Source: Eledone cirrhosa (lineage: Eukaryota). From it: DNA of 64,000 nucleotides. Below the pieces are notes generated by a model. It was not told where the DNA came from. It searched no databases and saw only the letters and a list, made by a program, of their open reading frames with translations. The DNA lies in the NCBI GenBank assembly GCA_964016885.1, contig OZ024742.1, forward strand, positions 56,978,001 through 57,042,000. Reading direction: 5' to 3'. Below, in pieces: positions 43,649 to 57,960 of this stretch (the stretch's first letter is position 1; each line of letters starts with the position of its first letter). The position numbers and the translations under genes are program-made.

Positions 43649-45519
43649 GAAAGAAAGAAAGAAAGAAAGAAACAAACAAACAAACAAACAAACAAACAAA
43701 CAAAGGGAGAGAGAGAGAGACAGAGAGAGAGGGAGAGAATTCATAGATCTTTGAATGCACATATATATATATATATATAGAAACCTGTTTCTACGTTCTA
43801 ACTTCATCATTCCATTTACCAATAATTTTTTGTTTTGTTTTGTTTCTTTCAAGATTCATAGATAAATACCAGTTATGTACTGAGGTCCATTCCGTCTAAC
43901 TGATTATGTCTCCCCATCACAGAAACTGATTCGCTCGCAATATGTAAAATAATTATTATAGTCTCTATATGTCTCTCCTTTTTATATTGTTGAAGTTAAT
44001 GCGGCGTATTGAACAGCCTATAGGTAAACTTTGGAATGATTGCCAATAGTTACCATTCTTCAATCTGTAGATTCACGGCATCATCTTACTTTGCCAAAAT
44101 CCTACCGCTACAAAGAAGATAAATCTATCAATTTATTCTCAAAGTCATCTCCTTTGGCTTTTGTGTCACTAATAACAAGGATTATCTTTAATAAACTTGG
44201 CAGGAGCGGAAACTGTATTCTGAAGGGATGTAATTGATCGATTCGACACCCCTCTCCTTAGCATATTACTGATCGATACACACACATTTATTTCATGTGC
44301 GTGCGTGTATTTGTGTACATATGTATATGTATGTGTGTGTGTGTACATATATATACATTTAGATATATATATATAAAATAAATGAAATAGTATACGGACT
44401 GAATGCTTAGTATAAAACATACAAACGATGAGAAAAATATGTAGAAATGGTTAAAGAATGTCGTAATTAGATCGGTGGAGATCAGAGATCTCACTGGAGT
44501 GACCCTCTAACTAATCACGAAGACCCAACTCCATAGATACGTTTAGGAAAAACCAACAATCTTTTTTCAACAATTTAGGCCTATGAATTACTAAACATTC
44601 CAAATTCACTCGAGAATACTTCCTCTGGGTTAAGTTCAATCTCATTACTTCTCTTTACAAACTTTTCCACAAACCTAATGAATATTACATGACATTACTA
44701 AAATGTTAATAAAAACATAATTCAGAATACATTTTTTAGTCTCTCAATTCTATCTGCTAATTAACAAATGTCTATGGATTCGGCATAATATTAAAATGAT
44801 GGCCTTTCTAAAAGCGAGTTTCAAAATAAAATCGCTTATGTAAATACATAACCAAGAATTCCTAATGGAAACAAACGAGAATCATTAGTGAGAATAATCT
44901 AACATTAAGTTTAGCAGATTCTACTGCAGTAGCCTAGCGTCTCTTTAAATTATTAGAAGAAAATGTCGATATAACTTTAAGATTACCAAATTCTTAGCAG
45001 TAACAAAACTAGGCTGTTTTACAGAACAACCCCTAACAGTACCAGGTCACAAGAGGCTTATTCAAACATATCTAATCTGAATAACTACACAGATAGTAGT
45101 TTTAGCAGTCTATGCAACTAACCCAGCCCAAACCTTTGCTTGTTTAACTTACAATGAAATACCGAGAATGTTATATACCAATTCTTTATGAAGATCGATT
45201 CCAGAATGAAGGTCTATATTGATATTACTTCGGAACTCTTCGAAATAATATTGTACTCGGATCAACTCGTGTCTATGGTAAAAAAAAAACATGCCCACGT
45301 GCAATACAGTGGGATCAAACATAATGTTATGTTTTTGCGAAATAAACGTCTTAACTCATGCCTGAATAAGGATTTTTACAATAACTTTCTAATACAGACC
45401 TGTTTAACACAACCTAAAACAGATAAAACACTTTTTAACCAATTTATCTTTCAAGCAGGTCTGCCTCTCTACCAGGATTCTAAAGTTTAAAGGTCTGTCG
45501 CAAGTTCAGAGGTTCATTA

Positions 45520-45745
45520 GGCCGGTGGTTATCCCGATTTCGTTGGAGTTAAGTGACTAAGAATACAAGACTCCCCTGGACAGGACGCCTGTCCATCGCA
45601 GAGTCAAACATCCATCTACTACTTGAGCTGGTACTAATTTTCAGTTGAGTGTACTAGAGCAACTGGAAATGATGTGTTTTGTTCAAGAGCACAACACACA
45701 ATCTAACCCACGACACCTTAATCATTGGCCCACGTACCTTCATAT
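45520..45745 (-). mobile_element. Old CORE-type SINE remnant
   Basis: Minus strand gtgttgtgctcttgaacaaaacacatcatttccagttgctctagtacactcaactgaaaatt resembles the CORE region of 56769. Confidence 0.5.
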
Positions 45746-46662
45746 ACCAGGATTCATGAACAGATAAAAGAAAGAATATGTTGGCCACAAAATTTATCGC
45801 ACTATATTCTATTGTCTATTTAAAAAAAAACACAACCTGAAAATTGATAATATTGGCGTTTCGCTGATTTGAACTCGAATGACGCACGTACTCACCTTAA
45901 CATACTGTGTTCCCTTTTGGGCAATAGCAAAATAAAACGGAATGTTTTCTTTAAAATGTTAGATTAAATGCAAAAATACACCAACTAACAATTGCTTAAA
46001 AACATTTCTAAGATTATCTCTGCGTGAATTTTCACGCAGAGAATAATTTCCTGAACAGTTTGAAGGTTATTATGGTACACATTGCTATAGAAACTGAGAG
46101 ACAAGATACAGAATCTATTGAAAATAGGGTTACCTATCTTCCTTCATGAAGAAGTTAGTTTAATACATTATTTTAACTTCAAAGTAAAATATATTTTGAT
46201 TCTCAATACAGTTTGCTTTTGAATACAATAATACTTTTATGTACAGTATTTGAAATCAATGAATTTCACGCCAGCACTGAAATAATAATTGTCTGTTGTG
46301 TGTTCAATATAATATCTACAAACAAATTTTTTTTTTGTTTAAGTAAGCACTTTATAAGTGACAAATAATATTAGACAAAAAAAAAAAAATCTCTGTATGC
46401 ACAGAAGCAGAAACAATCTTCTGTAAAATATTCCACAGAAGAATACAAACAGAAGAAAATCATTTATAATATGCAGTAGCAAATATTTATATATAGAGAA
46501 TTTATATTTATAGAATTTCATTAAACATGTCCTGCTGAAGTTGACTTTCATTTCATCCGATTATTTACATTAGAGATTTCGAAATTTAAAAAATAAACAT
46601 CTCGTTCCATGGATGCTAATTTAGAATCTGTATATAGCTCATCATATTATAGAGGGAATAAC

Positions 46663-46701
<39 letters not shown>

Positions 46702-46737
46702 TACACAATTATCAAAGTTATGTTCAAATCATTTTAT

Positions 46738-46784
46738 TGCTGACAATCGTTTCTTCCAAACCTACATTTGGTATCATCGGAGCA
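46738..46784 (-). ncRNA. Hammerhead ribozyme motif with one core change (CCGATGA)
   Basis: Minus strand: TGCT-CCGATGA-ta-CCAAA-tgtagg-TTTGG-aa-GAAAC-gatt-GTC-AGCA, ~40 bp from a (TA)n tract. Confidence 0.6.
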
Positions 46785-49700
46785 TTAGCAATGTTTGTAT
46801 ATATAATTAACCTCCTATTCAACTGAACAATCATATAGATACATATATATTGATGTTGTGAACAACAGTTTCGTATTTACAGGGTGGAATGGATGCGACA
46901 TATATTATACGAGAATTGTACAATAATTCAAATTAAAATTAAAAGCACAGAGTGGAATACATGCAACAGATAATACAAGTGAATAGTCTAATACTTAAAG
47001 AGGAAGAATGAGGACACTAGGTGTGTTACCCAACACAGAAATAAAATAAAATAAAATAAAATAAAAAATAATAGCAAAACCCCGAGGATGTGTGATAATC
47101 GATCATGGCCGCACGATCGATCTATCTCTTATTGAAACATGTGTCGTGATTAAAATGATTGGAAATGTATACCATGCCTTCGGATCTTTATTTTGATACA
47201 AATACTCCGTTTTACATCATCTAGCTGTTCCCATTAATGGAATTGGAAATATACAAAAGCGTGGAGAACTTAATATTACTAGCAAAAGTTTATTGGACCG
47301 TATGAGGCAACCAATAATACACCTTACTATATAACAACTTAAAGCTCATAATTCTGTTGAGCACTTGATGCTGTTAAGCAAGGAATATGATGGAGAAATT
47401 CTAGGTGAACTCTTCGCTTTAGGACATCCCTATGCCTAGCATAAATGAATTCACAAGGTTGGCGATAGATCAATCGGACTCCTTTGTCCGTAGAATGGGT
47501 TGGAAAGCCTTCCACTTCGATAGAAGAACACCAACAAACCACCCCAGGGAGGGAACGCGCGGCATCGAGAGAAAATTAAAATCCATAAGAAACCCATCGC
47601 ACAATAAGTACCTGGAGGAATTCGAAAATGAAATGGCTAACATGGTGTCCAACCTTAAGTTTAGGAAAAACCCACTAGGGGAAGAAGCTACTTAAGACGA
47701 CTGAACGGTGATCTAGGAAAACTAAAGAACTCAACCGGTATTCTGGTGCACGCAGATAAAACTAACAACCTGTACGATATGGATAGAGTAACCTATGATG
47801 ACTTGATAATCAGAGAACTGGCCAACCTGGATTTAATCAACACGGAGGCCAATAGCGTCATGACTAAACTGGGTATTGAATATAAAACCTAGCCCTTCGA
47901 TCCTAGAATTCTGAGGATTTTATTGAAAGACCACAAATTAAACTTTGAATCATCAAGATCTGTCAGGCTGATAGCCCCTTCGAAGTCGGACATAGGAATC
48001 GTGACAAAACTAAGCAAATTCTTCAACAACATAGACTTAAGTATAGTGTTTGAAGAAAACCTGAAGATAGTTAATTTTCTAGATGTTACACTTAACCTCA
48101 ATTCAGGACTCTTCCAACCCTACCACAAACCCAACGAGAATTTAAATTATGTCAACGCAAAATCGAACCCCCCTAGAATAGTCACTAACGGTATTACCAA
48201 AAGCGTCCCTAGTAGAATTTCAGGAGTATCTTCCAATAAAGATACTTTTGATAGGATCTCGAATTACTATAATAGCGCCCTGGAACGCGCGGGGCATAGC
48301 GAGGGAATCTCATTCAAACGTCCATTAAATAGTAGTAGCAACATTGCCTGCGATAGCTTAGGCCTAAATAGTGACACTCTAGTTAACAGCAGGCGGGAGG
48401 CGAAGCAGGATCAATATAGACCTCATGTTGTATTGCCTCCTAGTCCCAATGTCGATGGTACCAATGGAAACAATCACCCAGGTACAAACACGGGGTCCGA
48501 GCACCGTACTCCCAGCGGAAACTCTAATTGTAACCTTAATTGTAGAACTGATAAAACAATCGTCGAACGTAAAATGGAAGGGGGGTCGGGTAGATGGAAT
48601 AGGGATAAATGTAGGCGGCGCATAGTGCATATAACCCCGGAGACTTGCGACGATTCCGAACACCATCTGGACACCCCACGACACCATCGCCCTACAGGCA
48701 GTTATCAGTTCTAATAGACCAGTAGCAACCAAGGAGACAGGTAACACTAGTATAGATAATAAGAACAAGAGGCATCGGACCAGAAAAATCTTGTGGTACA
48801 ACCCCCCATACTCCACCGGCCTGACCACGAGTATAGCTAAGCTTTTCTTTAGGGCCTTAGACAAATGCTTCCCTAGATCACATAGATACTATAAAATATT
48901 CAATAGGAATACCATCAAGCTGTTCTACTCCACAACTAGTAACATAGCTCAGAATATAGCTAAGATGAATTATAGTAGACTTAGGACAGCCCAGGGCGGG
49001 ATGAGACATGGCAGAACTAATGGCAGCTCTATGGATGAACGGACTCATACGCGTGAGGCGAGTCGGGTCACCGCAACCCCTGGGAACTTACCAATAGAGC
49101 AGACAAGAACTGAGACCCGACACCAGAGGTACCGTGGTTCCTCTGGAACTACCCAGGTCGATAACAGAAAATGTAATTGCAGGATCACCGCCACTTGCCC
49201 CATGGCTGGGAAATGCCTCACCAAAAACATAGTCTACGACTGTAAGGTCTCCCCTTTAGATAGAACCTTCAGGTATGTTGGGGCAACTGCCACTGAATTT
49301 AAGGATAGATGGTATAATCACCGCCATACCTTTAATAGATTAGATAAAAAAAATAGCACGGCGCTTTCTGAATTAGTCTGGAAGTTTAAACAACAGAATA
49401 TAGAACACTCCTTATGCTGGTCCATAATTTTCTCAGCCCAGCCCTAAAACGATAGCACGAGCGTCTGTAATTTATGTATAGCTGAAACCTTTAATATTAT
49501 TAGAGGCGGGCCCCTATTAATGAATAGGAGAGCGGATTTTTTCAGCAACTGCCAACATAGTACCTCGAAAACCTTCCGCAGGATTTTTTGAAAGTAACCT
49601 ACCACTAACTCCTCCCTTTTTACCTTAGCCATAGAGTTCTCTCAATTAGCAAAAAAAAACTCGGGTAGTAGACAGCTAAGATCGTTTGCGCACTTACAAA

Positions 49701-50083
49701 CGGTACTCGGTTTGATTCCACAGAGGTTCTCACAGCTGAGTGCACATTTACCACTACTTTAGAATACCTAGTTAGTAAATAGTTAGAGTGATTACACACT
49801 CAGTTAAGACCGATTACGCGCATTCACCATTACTTTAGCATACCCTAACCATTGAGTTCTCTCGGTTAGTAAATGGTTAGACGTATTATACACTCAGTTA
49901 AGACCGATTAAGCTTTTTATACATGGCTCTACACACAGTACCCGGTTTCTTTAGACACGGAGTTCCCACAGTTATGACTGGTCACGATCCTATCAATTGA
50001 ACATTACACATAGGTTTTGATCCGTGATCATCTAACCATGGAGTGCTCACGGTTACTGATTGGACAAAATTATTTACACACCA

Positions 50084-50269
50084 AAGGGCGGTGGATTGGC
50101 AGTATCGGTAGAGGGTCGGACGCCATGCTTTCCAGCATAGTTACGTCCCTTTACGATCTGAGTTCAAATCCCGCCGAGGTTGACTTTGCCTTTCATCCTT
50201 ACGGGGTCGATAAAATAAAGTACCAGTAATGCACTGGGTAATTGCTGGCCTTGTGCCTAAAGTAGAAAC
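50084..50269 (+). mobile_element. Young tRNA-derived SINE nested in the PLE, 16-bp TSD
   Basis: TSD aattatttacacacca at 50068-50083 and 50270-50285. Almost identical to the 11280 copy. Confidence 0.92.
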
Positions 50270-51111
50270 AATTATTTACACACCATTAATGGGCTTACAT
50301 ACATTCTCGTGGTTTTGCTATTCTTTTTTATTTTATTTTATTTTATTTTATTTTATTTTATTTTATTTTATTTTATTTATAAACACCTATCTTAAAAGCC
50401 CAAGGGTCCATATGACGGGAAAACGCACATACTGACACCTTAACTCAAATACGCAACCCTACACAGAACCCCTTGGTGGCCTATATGGCGGTTGCTTGCA
50501 CGCACAGATTTGGGGACTCAGATTCTCAATGGGACAACGGCACATACATAGTTCGATATGAGCTGACTACTTGCTCTTCACATGGATGTGTATATACCAA
50601 AACATGCACTTTTTTAGACGATACGGATGTGTATATACCAAAACATACACTATTTACAATTCAATCGATACACGTATAGCAGAACATTGAACTGAATTTA
50701 CTTGCGTGTGTATAGGGTTGCGGTTGACCCAATTTCTCCAATTTACATCGTCAAATTGAGATTTGACCAATATAACATTTGTTGTTTTGTAAACTAACTT
50801 TCGGTGAATACTATGTTAGTATATATATGTTTTTTTCTTCGAGTTCGCGTCGGTGTGTGTGAGTGTATGTGTACTCACTCACACTAACTGTGACCGACCG
50901 TAATTTTAAAGATTTGATGTTGAGATTAGACCAGTCCAGCGTATTTTGCAGCTATTGAGAGATAGAGACTTGATAGTTTTATTACCCTAACTGAGGACGA
51001 TAGCAGTCGGCGTGTTTTGGCTGCTTAATCTTCATATGGGGGACAAAACTCTAGTGAGTGAACATCGTTAAATTTTCTCCCTCATATCAAGAATTTGAAG
51101 ACAATTCATTT

Positions 51112-51185
51112 TCACCTGACGAGATCAGTGATAATCGATCATGCCCGCACGATCGATCTATCTCTTATTGAAACATGTGTCGTGA
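51112..51185 (+). ncRNA. Candidate type I hammerhead ribozyme in the PLE terminal repeat
   Basis: TCAC-CTGACGA-(long stem II incl. ATCGATC-atgcccgcac-GATCGAT)-GAAAC-atgt-GTC-GTGA; predicted GUC cleavage after 51181. The upstream repeat copy (47092) lacks the CTGACGA half. Confidence 0.8.
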
Positions 51186-51398
51186 TTAAAATGATTGGAA
51201 ATTTATACCATGCCTTCGGATCTTTATTTTGATACAAATACTCCGTTTTACATGATCTAGCTGTTCCCATAAATGGAATTGGAGATATACAAAAGCGTGG
51301 AGAACTTAATATTGTAACAAAAGTTTATTGGACCGTATGACACAACCAATAATACACCTTACTATATAACAATATATATATATATATATGTGGGGGGG

Positions 51399-51523
<125 letters not shown>

Positions 51524-51553
51524 TGTGTGTGTGTGTGTATAGAGAGAGAGGTG

Positions 51554-51638
<85 letters not shown>

Positions 51639-52937
51639 GTAATTTCTTTATACACGATGTTTGGCCTTCCAATCATTGAAAATTATTATAGTGACACAAT
51701 GCTTTCAAAAACTACCTTGACTCTCAACTTACATACATTAATAGTTACTTCAGCATCTGGGCCTCTAACGGGCTTATTTTCAGCGGCATCATTTTCAATA
51801 CTATACTGTATGCCACTGAACATTGTTCAAGCGACATAGTTACAATCCACCATTAAGATGTTATTCATCAATGCTACCATCGCAACATACTGCAAATAGC
51901 ATGAATGGATTCCGTTATAAATATGCATATAGTTTCCTAGAAAACTTCGTTAAAAGTGTGAGCTAAATTTAATTAGACGGTGTTTTGGTAATGAATTAAA
52001 CAATTATATTCCAACCACATTTTCTATCAAGTTCTGGATTATTTTAGAGATTGTTTTAAAAGCTTGACTCTGATAGTAAAAGATGGCGACTTGGATCTAT
52101 TGTTTGGGAAAGAATTCTGAAGCCAAGCACAACAGAGAAGATTACTGTATCACTATATTTGCGAAATATATTTAATTCTACAACACAGTTCTTAGTTCAA
52201 ATCCTTCTGCTACTGTGAACTGTTTCATCTGAAAGGAATCAAAAAATAATCATCAGTTATGTTTTGTGTTGCATATACATACACTAATATATCAACTCCT
52301 TTTACAGAACTTGATACTTAACTGAAAAGAAAATATGAATTTTAATTAAAATTCTCTATAAAAATATTATCCTTTTACAACAATAAAGCAAGATATTGAT
52401 TTCTAATTAAAAAGTAAAATTTAATTATATTCTAACCATATATTAAAAAAAAATATTATTGTTAATTAAATTTCACATCATCGTGAAGAGATGCAATGAG
52501 ATTAAAGTTGTAAGATGAGAGAGTTGATAGTATGTTGAGCTAGTAGCTGAAGGGCAAGTGGTTCATATCTCTTCATCTGTGGTGCTCAGTGTTCAGGGTC
52601 AAGATAGCTCGCAATAATCTAGTTCACATCATTGTAAGTAGATAATAAAGGAACGCAGCACACGTACAAGTGCTTTAGGAAATACTACATATCTTTATCG
52701 TGCCATAACAATCTCAGATGGTTTCTTCCTTCCAGCTTGTTATTGCATTATGGAATTATAGAATCGCAGCAGTTTGATACGATACAGTCGGCAGTTATGA
52801 AGCTAACTTCGAAGTCGAACGTTCCTTATTCGGTCTCATTGCGCTGCACATTGATTACTACTCTATCCTTGGCTTGTGTCGATATATATAAGCATATATA
52901 AACACACACACGCACACACGCACACACACACACACAA

Positions 52938-53028
<91 letters not shown>

Positions 53029-54020
53029 TCAATGAAACTAATATTTAACTATGTTCTAGAACTAACCACTGCATTCAATATCAGCGATCGGTGAGTTGCG
53101 AAACGTGGAGTGCTTTTTCCTATTATTACATCATGATTAACTAAACGGAATGACCAGTTCTATCCAGTGGTGAACCCCTAAACATAAATGAATATATATA
53201 CCCACATACCATATGTTTATACATAATAAACATGCGTTTAGACTCGGGGTGAATATTTTAGCTGCGATGATGTATATGTGTATGTTTATTATACAAGAGT
53301 GTTATTCGTCATAATCTACAATATTTCATATAAGACAATCATTGTCACGTATGACTAAGTGTATAGTTGATAAGGGAAGATCTACGTAGACGATGTATTC
53401 AAAAATAACTTTACATAAATTCGTAGTTAAAATGTTCAGGCTAATTATAACTTTCTGTCTAGTCTGAAACGTATGACTTATCAAAACTTACACACTATGT
53501 TCACAGAGACCTATTTTTTAATAAACTAAATGGGGTTGGGTGGCGAGAGGACAACTTACCTCATTGTTAATAAATATGTAAAATCTCTCTCTCTATCTAT
53601 CTATCTATCTATCTCTCTCTCGCTCTCTCTCTCTCTCTCTTTCTATTTCTCTCTGTATTTACATATATATGAATATAAATGTGTGTACCTCTGTGTGTTT
53701 GTATCTGTGTATGTATGTATAAATATGTATAAATGTATGAATATTTGTGTGCATGTATATATATATATATATATACTGTGAACAATTTGTCAGCATTTTC
53801 TATTCCGTTTACCAATATATATATATATATATTAAGACAGGGGGGAAGAAAAAAATGGCTTCACTTGTGCTTTCAACAAATTTATTTTCTTCACAAAATC
53901 CAAAAATAATTTTTTTCCGGATTAGAAAAAATTTTCTTAAAAACATTTTTTTTAGAAATTAAGTTGTTGGTTGTTGGTCTGTCTTAATATACCTAACTGT
54001 ACCAAGGATTACACACATTT

Positions 54021-54061
<41 letters not shown>

Positions 54062-55373
54062 CATATACAGTTCCATGCTTTTATTATCAGACAACACTCC
54101 CCATCAGTCATCTCCTTTACATACAATTTTTTTCTCAACTCTCTCACCCTCCCTCCCTCTCGCTCACCTTCTATCTCCTTGTCACTCCTCACTCTGTCTC
54201 TCTCTCTCTCTCACTTTCACTTTCTGTTTCTTTCTTTCTCTGTACATGTTGACGAACTGGCAGAGGGGAGAGTACCCGTGGTCAAATAATTCACACTCCA
54301 GATTTTTCTACGCTAGTAATACGCATTTCACTGATTCACAGTTGTTCAATTATACAGCAGTAATTCCCTGCGGTCCCTTCAATCAAATATATTTCATCCC
54401 TAACTAACTTTCACAATATTCATGTTCAAAAAATATACGACATTAATAGTGTGTGAAGGTAGATGTTTATGTCTGTACATTTGTGTGTGTATATGTGTAA
54501 TCGCATATATGTGTATGCGTGTATGTGCATATACATATATATATACACATACACACAGACACACATACATACATATATATGTGTATGCGTGTGTGTGTAT
54601 TTGTATCAGCGTGTATGTATATATTTGTATCTATATTATCCTTAGTTATTATTTAACTCCCTTACTACCTCCTAGTTTCCAGCATCACCCCTATCCTACA
54701 CACACATACACACACACACACGCACACACAAACCACACAAACACACACATACACACACATACACACACACACAAACATGCACGCATGCATACACAATCAC
54801 AAACGCTTTCATTTGCAGTTGAGATTTTCCTGAATTAGTCTCTAGAAAATGTCACAGAAATATCCATCGATCACACGCCAGAGATATATCCCACCGTAGT
54901 TTCCGGAAAGTGGCAAACTAAACTCATTTTCTGGTGACAATGGTTAGATTATATACATCAATCACTATTTACTTTGGGCTAAATACGTATCAAGGGGATT
55001 TCGTTTTTCTATTCATGGAGTATTCGCCGAAGCAATGGAATAACACATCGAGATGTCGAATACAACATCTTTCGTTCCGGTGCTCGGGTGGCCACCGCTT
55101 TTATTATTTTCCTTGGTACTGTTTTAACAACGAAGTTTTTACGTGGTATATCTATCTGCTAGAATTAGCATTCAGATTTACCTCACATCAAATTCTACTG
55201 TCTTAAATAAAAAGGAAGGAGATATTGGACAATATAGCCCATTGATTACATAAATGGCGATATAAAGAAGCTCGAAATAAATCTTACCGTGTCACTGAAT
55301 GTACGTTGAATGTCTCTGTCAGAAGCCAGATATATTTCGACAAACCTTTGAAACTTTGTATATATATATATAC

Positions 55374-55414
<41 letters not shown>

Positions 55415-55706
55415 ACTATAATAATCCCCCTTTGTTCATCACTACAATGATAATATCACTAACGCCGTCTGATTCGTGACAGTATTTACGCCTCTCCTAT
55501 TAGTCCGATTAAGACTATCAATCTCTACAGAGATACTCACAACGAAGCCTTATTACCTGACGAAATTTGATTAATGATAATAAAACAGTACAAGATTGAT
55601 CTGACGTTGTGTCTGTGTGTAAGTAACCACATATATTTATAATTGTAAGTATGCCAACCAGACGGAAATCTCGGGTGAGACTGTTCATTATATTTAATCT
55701 ACGTAC

Positions 55707-55889
55707 GGTGAATTGGCAGTATCGGTAGAGGGTTGGACGCCATGCTTTGACGCATAGAGTTACGGCCCTTGCCATTCTGAGTTCAAATCCCGCCGAGGTT
55801 AACTTTGCCTTTCATCCTTATGGGGTCGATAAAATAAAGTACCAGTAATGTACTGGGTAATTGCTGGCCTTGTGCCAAAAGTAGAAACA
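55707..55889 (+). mobile_element. tRNA-derived SINE, 20-bp TSD
   Basis: TSD attatatttaatctacgtac at 55687-55706 and 55890-55909. Confidence 0.92.
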
Positions 55890-56656
55890 ATTATATTTAA
55901 TCTACGTACAAATACACACATAGGACATTATACATATTGGCATCTTGACATGTGTGTGTTTATATACACATCACGCAGCTAGGATTAGATCTTGTACTGG
56001 TTTTGATCAGATATAAATTTATAATATACAATTCACAATTCGATATATAATTGAATTAGCTACCACCGTAGGTACTGGCGATATGCAAATTAGTAGCTCC
56101 TGTTAGCTATAATTACCATATTTGATGAGTTGACACAGCCATTAGTTACGTACTGTTCTATGAGTTGTGAGAAATATACAGAGCTTTTGAAGGTGTTTAA
56201 AATTGGAGACGAAACGCGATTCAGGTGGTTCACCTACAATATACGGGGAAATGCGTAATAGAGACATGTTTACATACAGAAATGTTTGTGTTTACATACT
56301 CAACCACGCTTCTTTGATTAAATCCTGCATATATATATGTACATATATGAAGATCAGAATTATACCAGTTTAAACTGGTAAGACCATAATTCAGCAGAGT
56401 ACTCGATACTTGCGATAATAGAGTATAAATAGAGTAGAGAGTCGGGGCTCGACGGTTGAGTTCTTGCCGTTTCGACAATAAATATGTATGTAATTATTTA
56501 TATATATGTAAATACATATATATATATATGTATATAGTTATTTAATAAACAACATAAGATTTATCTTGTTGTTTATTACATAACTAATAAGCTCTGTAAC
56601 CTACATAGAGCACTCTTTTTTCCTGGACCTTTCCGACGGAACTACTTCATTTACAC

Positions 56657-56762
<106 letters not shown>

Positions 56763-56768
56763 GTGTGT

Positions 56769-57030
56769 GAAGGCGCATGGCTTAGTGGTTAGAGCATTGG
56801 GCTTGCAATCGAAAGGTTGTGAGCTCAATTCTCGGACCGGGTGATGTGTGTTGTTTCCTTGAGTAAGACACTTTATTTCACGTTGCTCTCGTTTACTCAG
56901 CTGTAGAAATGAGTAACGGCCTGCCCGCCCAGCCAGTGGGATGGCGTTATCTTATGGCTAAAACAGCACGACGTGCTGTGACCAGCGGCGCCGAATGGAC
57001 GCCCGGCAGACTTGTCGTCACTCTCATTAG
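56769..57030 (+). mobile_element. CORE-type tRNA-derived SINE
   Basis: AGGCGCATGGCTTAGTGGTTAG (A box), GAGCTCAATTCT (degenerate B box), TTCCTTGAGTAAGACACTTT (CORE-like). The 3' boundary is approximate. Confidence 0.75.
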
Positions 57031-57144
57031 CTCTCTAACCAGCAAAATGGTTTCGGGCAATTTAATTGAAAGTACTGTTTGTACTGGTTGTTTTATCACC
57101 GACACATCATATGAACAGAAAGATTTATTTTTCTGTTGAACAAT

Positions 57145-57327
57145 CCAGCATTTTAAAATGGTACTCTCAATTATATATCGATCTACAAACCATGGTTTCA
57201 TTCGTGGAAAAAACAATAAATTCATGAATTCATCAAATATTAGTCCTTTCCAATAATTGGTTCTTCACGAATGAAACCATGGTATGGAGATCGATATGTA
57301 ATTGAGAATATCATTTTAAAATGCTGG
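57145..57327. repeat. Inverted repeat (~65-bp arms) with degenerate hammerhead
   Basis: ccagcattttaaaatg..ccatggtttcattcgtg mirrored. The minus strand reads TTGATGA-attcatg..cacgaat-GAAAC-catg-GTT; the plus arm has GAAAC-catg-GTA. Confidence 0.75.
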
Positions 57328-57693
57328 CTTATATTCCCATAAATAGAGTTTTTCACTTAAATGTGATTTATAATATTGCTTCTCTGATTGTGTCTCTCCA
57401 TTGTTCTGTCCTACAAAAGCAAGATGGTGTAGGACAGAACAAAGAAGAGACAAAAATAAAAATCTAGTCATTGACGGGGTCACAGAATGTGTGACGAAAG
57501 ATCTTTGACTATATAAACAACCCTCCGGTTATCGAACCAACCAACCAAAGTAGGATTGAGATGGAGGACTTGTGGTCACAAACCCTCCATCTCAATTCTA
57601 CTTTTGAAAAGCATAAGAACTGCGAAACCGGTAAAAGAACCAAATAAATATTCTTAAAAAGACTCCAGTTGAATTTTCGATTTCATCTTTTTT

Positions 57694-57734
<41 letters not shown>

Positions 57735-57754
57735 TATACATATACATACATACA

Positions 57755-57827
<73 letters not shown>

Positions 57828-57925
57828 GTTAAAAATGTACATCCACATATGTATACTGAAATACTAGTATGCATATGATTACACACACGTATACATATGT
57901 AGATGTACCGAGTTTTTCACTGGTC

Positions 57926-57957
<32 letters not shown>

Positions 57958-57960
<3 letters not shown>

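Larger units (their letters stand above)
47092..51372 (+). mobile_element. Decayed Penelope-like element (Naiad-like) bounded by ~245-bp direct repeats (47092-47337, 51128-51372)
   Basis: ADKTNNLY, VRLIAPSKSDIG, VNFLDVTLNL..YHKPN..YVNAKSNPP (RT, internally deleted), WYNPPYS..KIFNRNTIK, CNCR..CPMAGKCLT..IVY..YVGAT..FKDRWYNH (GIY-YIG) and CNLC. The 3' repeat runs into (TA)n. Confidence 0.88.
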
